From an uncultured bacterium (GTDB lineage Bacteria > Patescibacteriota > Minisyncoccia > UBA6257 > 2-01-FULL-56-20), in assembly GCA_963718575.1 (NCBI GenBank), contig OY970358.1:578172-642171 (forward strand): a DNA stretch of 64,000 nt, written 5' to 3'. Positions 59,227 through 64,000 of the stretch are shown in pieces. How positions within the stretch are numbered: the first letter of the stretch is position 1; every line of letters begins with the position of its first letter. The notes under the pieces are model-generated. The model was not told the origin of the DNA. It did no database searches and was given only the letters and a program-made list of their open reading frames with translations. The position numbers and the translations under genes are program-made.

Positions 59227-59706
59227 ATGCCAGATACGTTCATCAGCTCCCTCGGAATGAAGCTCACGGTGCCGGAAGTGGTGGCCGAGATCATCGCGTT
59301 CATGGGGACGGATCTGATGCGTAAATATAGAGTGACGATTGGCACCGATTCCCAGCTTCTCTCCAATAAAAATGCGGACTTCGTGAATGCCGTCGTCGTG
59401 CATCGTATCGGCAACGGCGGCCGCTATTTCTACCGTCGTTGGGAGCTCGGGAAGTTCCATACGCTTCGCGACAGAATGATACGAGAGGCGATGATCTCGC
59501 TTGAGGTCGCGCAAGGCGTGCTCGCGGAACTCAAAAAATTCCCGCTTCCGGAATTCGAGTTCGAGATCCACGCGGACGTCGGCATGAACGGTCCCACAAA
59601 GGCGGTAATCGCGGAGATCGTCGGCATGATCCGTGCAAACAATTTTGAAGTGAAGATCAAGCCTGATAGCTACGCGGCAACGAATGTCGCGGATCGGCAC
59701 GTATAG
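59227..59706 (+). CDS. RNase H-like YkuK (DUF458) protein
   Basis: IGTDSQ, HRIGNGG, EIHADVG..G.T, IKPDSYAA..VADRH. Confidence 0.88.
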   Translation: MPDTFISSLGMKLTVPEVVAEIIAFMGTDLMRKYRVTIGTDSQLLSNKNADFVNAVVVHRIGNGGRYFYRRWELGKFHTLRDRMIREAMISLEVAQGVLAELKKFPLPEFEFEIHADVGMNGPTKAVIAEIVGMIRANNFEVKIKPDSYAATNVADRHV

Positions 59707-59721
59707 TTAGTTGTTAAAAAA

Positions 59722-60303
59722 ATGACATTAGACACCTTAGTGTTTGACATCGAAACACAAAACTTTTTTACCGACCCGGATGTGGGGTGGGATAATTATG
59801 ATGCGCTTAAAATCTCGGTCGTCGCGGTCTATTCGTATTTGGAAGATCGTTATTATTGCTACGAGGAGAACGAGATGGACAAGCTCGCGGAGCTCTTTGC
59901 CGATGCACGGCGCATCGTGGGGTTCAGTATGAATCGTTATGACATCCCCGTGCTCAATAATTATTTCCAGCGCATAAAGAATGCGCCGAAGTTGTGGGAG
60001 ATGGAGCGTGTGGATTTATTGGAAGAGATCGAGATGGCGACGGGGCAGCGCATCAGCCTCGATCGGCTTGCCGGCGCGAACCTCGGCTTGAGCAAGACGC
60101 ATCACGGTTCGGAGGCGGGCGCGCTCTACCGCGAAGGGAAAATAGAAGAGCTCAAAGAATATTGCGTGAACGATGTGAAGCTCACGAAGGAATTGTACAA
60201 TCTCTACCGCAAGCAGAATTTTTTACTGGTGCCGAGCAAAAAAACCGGCGAGACCATGAAAGTTGAGTTCGCGAACCTGGCGATCACGCCCTCATTACTA
60301 TAA
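59722..60303 (+). CDS. RNase H-like exonuclease (YprB/RNase_H_2)
   Basis: VFDIETQN, GFS..RYDIP, YCVNDV. Confidence 0.88.
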   Translation: MTLDTLVFDIETQNFFTDPDVGWDNYDALKISVVAVYSYLEDRYYCYEENEMDKLAELFADARRIVGFSMNRYDIPVLNNYFQRIKNAPKLWEMERVDLLEEIEMATGQRISLDRLAGANLGLSKTHHGSEAGALYREGKIEELKEYCVNDVKLTKELYNLYRKQNFLLVPSKKTGETMKVEFANLAITPSLL

Positions 60304-60312
60304 ACTTTATCT

Positions 60313-61518
60313 ATGAACCGACTTTATTTTGATAACGCCGCATCGACGGCGGTGGACCCCCGCGTGCTTCGTGCCATGAAGCCATATTTTTCGCGCGAGT
60401 ATGGGAATCCCGGCTCGCTCCATTCATTCGGCCAGAAGGCGATCGCCGCGGTGGACGCCGCGCGCGAGACGATCGGCAAGCTGATCGGTGTAAAACATTT
60501 CCGCGAGATCGTTTTTACGAGCGGCGCCACCGAAGCGAACAATCTTGCGCTCCGCGGCGCGGTGGAGTTCTATAAAGAACATCATCCGAATACCGTCCCC
60601 CCGCGTGTCATTATTTCTTCCGTCGAACACGAATCTATTTTTGAAACCGCGCGGGCGCTCGCGCGGTGTGGTGTTGAGATCATCACTCTGCCGGTCAACA
60701 AGGAAGGCGTCATTGATATCATGGCGTTGAAGAATGCCCTGAACGAACATACGGTGATCGTGTCGGTCATGCACGTGAACAACGAGACGGGAACCATCCA
60801 GCCTCTGCGCGAGATCAGGTTCATGATCGACGAGTTCCGGAAGAATTCCCCGCGCGCCGCGGGTGGTGCGTATCCGCTTTTCCATACCGATGCTGCGCAG
60901 TCGTTCCCTTATTTATATTGCGAGATCGGGACGCTCGACGTGGATATGATGACGCTCTCCGCGCACAAGATGCACGGGCCGAAAGGCGTCGGCGCGCTTT
61001 ATGTGCGATGGGACGAGAAGACGTTTCCTGAGGGCGGCGGGTATCCGCTCGCGGCGCAGGTGACCGGCGGCGGTCAGGAGTTCGACGCGCGCTCGGGTAC
61101 GGAGAACGTGCCGGGGATCGTGGGGTTCGCGCGCGCGGCGACTCTTGCCGCCGCCGAGCGCGGGAAGATCTCCGCGCGCGTCACCGCGCTCCGCGACGAA
61201 TTATGGAAACGCATTAAGACCATTGCGCCGGCAGCCGAGATCAACGGTCCGATGGGCGACGCAAAGGCCCCGCATATTTTGAACGTCTATTTCCCCGGCC
61301 ACGCAGCACAGGATTTGCTCACGCGTTTCGATCGCATGGGCCTCGCCGCGTCTTCCGGTTCCGCGTGCCGTTCGCGCGCAGTGGAATCGTCATACGTGAT
61401 CGAAGCGCTCGGATATGAAAAGGCGCGCGCCGTATCGAGCATCCGGTTCAGTCTGGGGAAAGGAACCACAAAGCGCGACATCGCCGCCGCGGCGAAGATA
61501 ATAGAGAAGGCGCTGTGA
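60313..61518 (+). CDS. iscS: Cysteine desulfurase
   Basis: YFDNAAST, HTDAAQ, SAHKMHGPKG, SSGSAC. Confidence 0.95.
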   Translation: MNRLYFDNAASTAVDPRVLRAMKPYFSREYGNPGSLHSFGQKAIAAVDAARETIGKLIGVKHFREIVFTSGATEANNLALRGAVEFYKEHHPNTVPPRVIISSVEHESIFETARALARCGVEIITLPVNKEGVIDIMALKNALNEHTVIVSVMHVNNETGTIQPLREIRFMIDEFRKNSPRAAGGAYPLFHTDAAQSFPYLYCEIGTLDVDMMTLSAHKMHGPKGVGALYVRWDEKTFPEGGGYPLAAQVTGGGQEFDARSGTENVPGIVGFARAATLAAAERGKISARVTALRDELWKRIKTIAPAAEINGPMGDAKAPHILNVYFPGHAAQDLLTRFDRMGLAASSGSACRSRAVESSYVIEALGYEKARAVSSIRFSLGKGTTKRDIAAAAKIIEKAL

Positions 61519-61576
61519 TAAATAAAAAAATCCCTCCGGAAATGTTTTATTCCGGAGGGGTGGAGGTAAGCGCCGC

Positions 61577-62521
61577 TTAATCGAATATTTTTTCGAGCGC
61601 TTCACGGATCGCAATTGGGTCGTGATAGATGCGTCCGTTCGCGTCGACTTTTATAGTCGATATTCGCACAAGGCGCGGATCGGTCTTTAATTCTTTTGTG
61701 GAGAGCCGAATTTTCCTTTCGAGGCGGTAGGCAAAGAGTGCGCGCTTTGGGATCGGCGCATCGTTATAGAGAATAACGTCGCAGGGTCGTCCCATTTTTA
61801 ATTCTATCTCACGAATGAAATCTTCTGCGGAATAGCCATCCGTTTCGCCGCGCTTCGTCATAATGTTAAGCACCACGATGATGCGGGCCTTTGTTTTTTG
61901 TAATGATCGCTTCATCCCTCGCGGAAGAAGAACGGGGGTGATGCTGGAGTAAAGATCGCCGGGGCAGATGATGCAGTAATCCGCGCCCACAACGGCATCG
62001 CTAGCTTGCGTTGACGCCCGTACTGCGGGCCGCAGATAGATGGACTTGATCGAATGGATATCTGCGGACCATAGTTGGTTGCTTGCAAGGTTGTCGATGT
62101 TTGTTTCTCCTGTCACGTTTCCGCCGAACTTAAGCTTTGCGCAAAGTTCGGCGCGTTCGAGCGAAATGGGGATGACGCGATGGGGATTTATCTCGCAGAT
62201 TCGATACATCAGCGCGAGCGCGTCGTCCTGCGATATTCCATCGGTCTGGCTTAGCCCGAGCAGAAGAAGGTTTTTGAGCGAGTGTCCGTGAAGGCATCCG
62301 CCCTCGAACCGGCGCATGAGCGCATCGGAAAGTTTCTTATCGGGACAGAGCGCCGCGATGCATTTTGTGAGGTCGCCGAGATATCCCAGGCATCCGTAGT
62401 CACGCATGAGAATTCCCGTCGATCCGCCCGAGTCGGTGCTCGGGCAGATCGCAGTGATGGCGATGTCGGGCAATGCTTTAAGCCCCTGAAGGAACTTGCT
62501 GATCGCGGCCTGGTGAGCCAT
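61577..62521 (-). pseudogene. YvcK/CofD-family (UPF0052) protein, 5'-truncated
   Basis: GLK...DSGGSTG.L, GDL, GHSL.NL, GETNID, PGDLYSSI, NIMTK.GET, HDP are present; the N-terminal GGGTG loop is missing. Confidence 0.75.
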
Positions 62522-63088
62522 TCGCAGAAAAAACAGAAACAGCAGTTTGTCCCGGAAGATCCGGCGATCCTTAAAACATTCTTTAAGGATGAGCGGCAAA
62601 AACTGGTCGGTATGCGGAAGGAGCTGACAAAATCGCTTCCCGCACTTGAGGCGTTCTATGCCACAAAGCGCGAGGATCCGATCATCAAAATCCACGACGG
62701 GCATACGGGAACCCGTCTTGTTCTGGAAGATGTTCTGAAAACCATGGCGGACGAAGCGGATAAAGTGTATCGCGTGTATTCCGCCGCAAACATTCGCGAG
62801 TACCTCTATTACAACTTCAGCAGTTTCTCGGAGCGGCGCATTAAAGCAAAGATCAAAGCGAGGGTCATTGCCATCGGCGCCGGCGGCGACATGCGCGGAT
62901 TGGACGAGCGCCGGTGGATCACCACCAAGCGTGGCGCGCCGGCATACATCATTATTTACGCAAAAAAGATGGCCATCATCTCTTTAAGCCAGGGAAGGCC
63001 CCACAGTGTGGTCATTGAAGACGCAGGGCTTGCCGAGACGCAAAAGCTTATTTTCGACTCGTTATGGAATAAGCTGGCAGCCGAGTGA
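62486..63088 (+). pseudogene. TrmB-family transcriptional regulator, 5'-truncated
   Basis: Begins at LKELADRGLV (end of the wHTH); EDP, RIKAKI, IIYAKK, IED..LA..QKLIFDSLW follow. Confidence 0.75.
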
Positions 63089-63160
63089 AGCGTCGCGGGT
63101 CTTCATGAAACTTTTTTCTCAAAATCCTCGTATTAAAATACGAATATATAACACAGGGGG

Positions 63161-64000
63161 ATGCATAGTAGAACTCAAAAGATCATTCTCGCCGTTTTGG
63201 GACTGATAGCGATAGTCCTGCTTGTCGGCGCTATTCGGAGCACTCCCAATGCATCCGGCGCGCAGACTTCTGCGCCGATATGGACAAATCCGTTCAGGGC
63301 ATTCTGGAATGACCTCACGCATCCGCTCGCGTCGCACAACGGAGCTGGCGGCTCGCTTGGCGCCGCCCCCGTTACCGGATCCTCATCGACCGGACCATAT
63401 CAGCCTGCCGACCAATACGAGGCTGATGTTATCGCGGCCGCGCAGAAAGCGTCGCCGGCGGTGGTCTCCGTCACCATTTCCGAGAACGTGCCGGTCGTGG
63501 AAAATTGCCCGTACGATCCGATGAGCAACCTCCCTCAGCAGTTCCAGCAATTCTTCGGCGGCGATTTTGGGTTGAGCCTTCCGACTTCCACGCCGTGCGA
63601 CACCGGCCAGACCCAACTGCAGGAAGTCGGCGGAGGCTCCGGATTCATTATTTCTTCCAACGGATTGATCTTAACGAACAAGCACGTGGTATCCGATACG
63701 AACGCACAATATTCCGTTTTGACGAACGATGGCAATACCTATACGGCGAAAGTGCTGGCACGTGATCCGGATCAGGATCTCGCGGTGTTGAAGATCGACG
63801 CGACGAATCTGCCGACAGTGTCACTTGGCGATTCCGATAGCCTTGAACTCGGTCAGACTGCGATCGCGATCGGCAACGCGCTCGGCCAGTTTTCCAACAC
63901 CGTTTCCGTCGGCGTCGTCTCTGGCCTTGGCCGCACGGTGACGGCCACTTCGCCGGACACCGGCACGGACGAGACGATCTCGGGCGTCATCCAGACCGAC
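63161..64000 (+). CDS. htrA: HtrA/DegP-family serine protease, partial
   Basis: Manual translation: N-terminal TM, SPAVVSV, GSGFIISSNGLILTNKHVV, DLAVLKI, AIGNALG, IQTD; open at the window edge. Confidence 0.93.
   Translation, partial: MHSRTQKIILAVLGLIAIVLLVGAIRSTPNASGAQTSAPIWTNPFRAFWNDLTHPLASHNGAGGSLGAAPVTGSSSTGPYQPADQYEADVIAAAQKASPAVVSVTISENVPVVENCPYDPMSNLPQQFQQFFGGDFGLSLPTSTPCDTGQTQLQEVGGGSGFIISSNGLILTNKHVVSDTNAQYSVLTNDGNTYTAKVLARDPDQDLAVLKIDATNLPTVSLGDSDSLELGQTAIAIGNALGQFSNTVSVGVVSGLGRTVTATSPDTGTDETISGVIQTD

Noticed and set aside
11984-63870. HIP1-like enrichment of GCGATCGC
   Set aside because: Several copies are present, but most fit frequent GCG-ATC-GCN codons; a codon-aware count is needed before any claim.
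1-64000. CRISPR array, rRNA, complete one-piece tmRNA, retron
   Set aside because: No regularly spaced repeats, rRNA motifs, full tmRNA or reverse transcriptase seen by eye; the long inverted repeats have no adjacent RT.

Overview
This is a bacterial chromosome segment whose gene content, TrbC/VirB2-type pilin array and mostly leaderless housekeeping genes fit a Patescibacteria (CPR, Parcubacteria-like) genome using code 11; the taxonomy is an inference. Bases 1-~7500 are an AT-rich integrated element with a large serine recombinase, a frameshifted small terminase, secreted cargo and a switch-like structured leader RNA. It contains an IS1595-family transposon (perfect 26-bp TIRs) carrying a Dam-like MTase and a PD-(D/E)XK nuclease. 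The rest is core genome (smpB, argS, ileS, trpS, rnj, secG, gyrA, xer, rpsO, pnp, recA, ftsK, iscS, htrA, two tRNA-Leu) interspersed with Shine-Dalgarno-led orphan genes. The most unusual signals are non-coding. One is a 68-nt D-stem-less tRNA-like RNA with alanine identity (G3-U70, A73), like a tmRNA tRNA-like domain with no message, whose central arm is complementary over 21 nt to the 5' end of a neighbouring, separately promoted sRNA. Another is an RNA next to smpB with tmRNA-like 5' end, pseudoknot and resume motif but no canonical 3' end. There are also several long inverted-repeat elements. Single-base frameshifts in ileS and rnj suggest indel errors in the assembly, so pseudogene calls are tentative. 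No CRISPR array or rRNA was seen.
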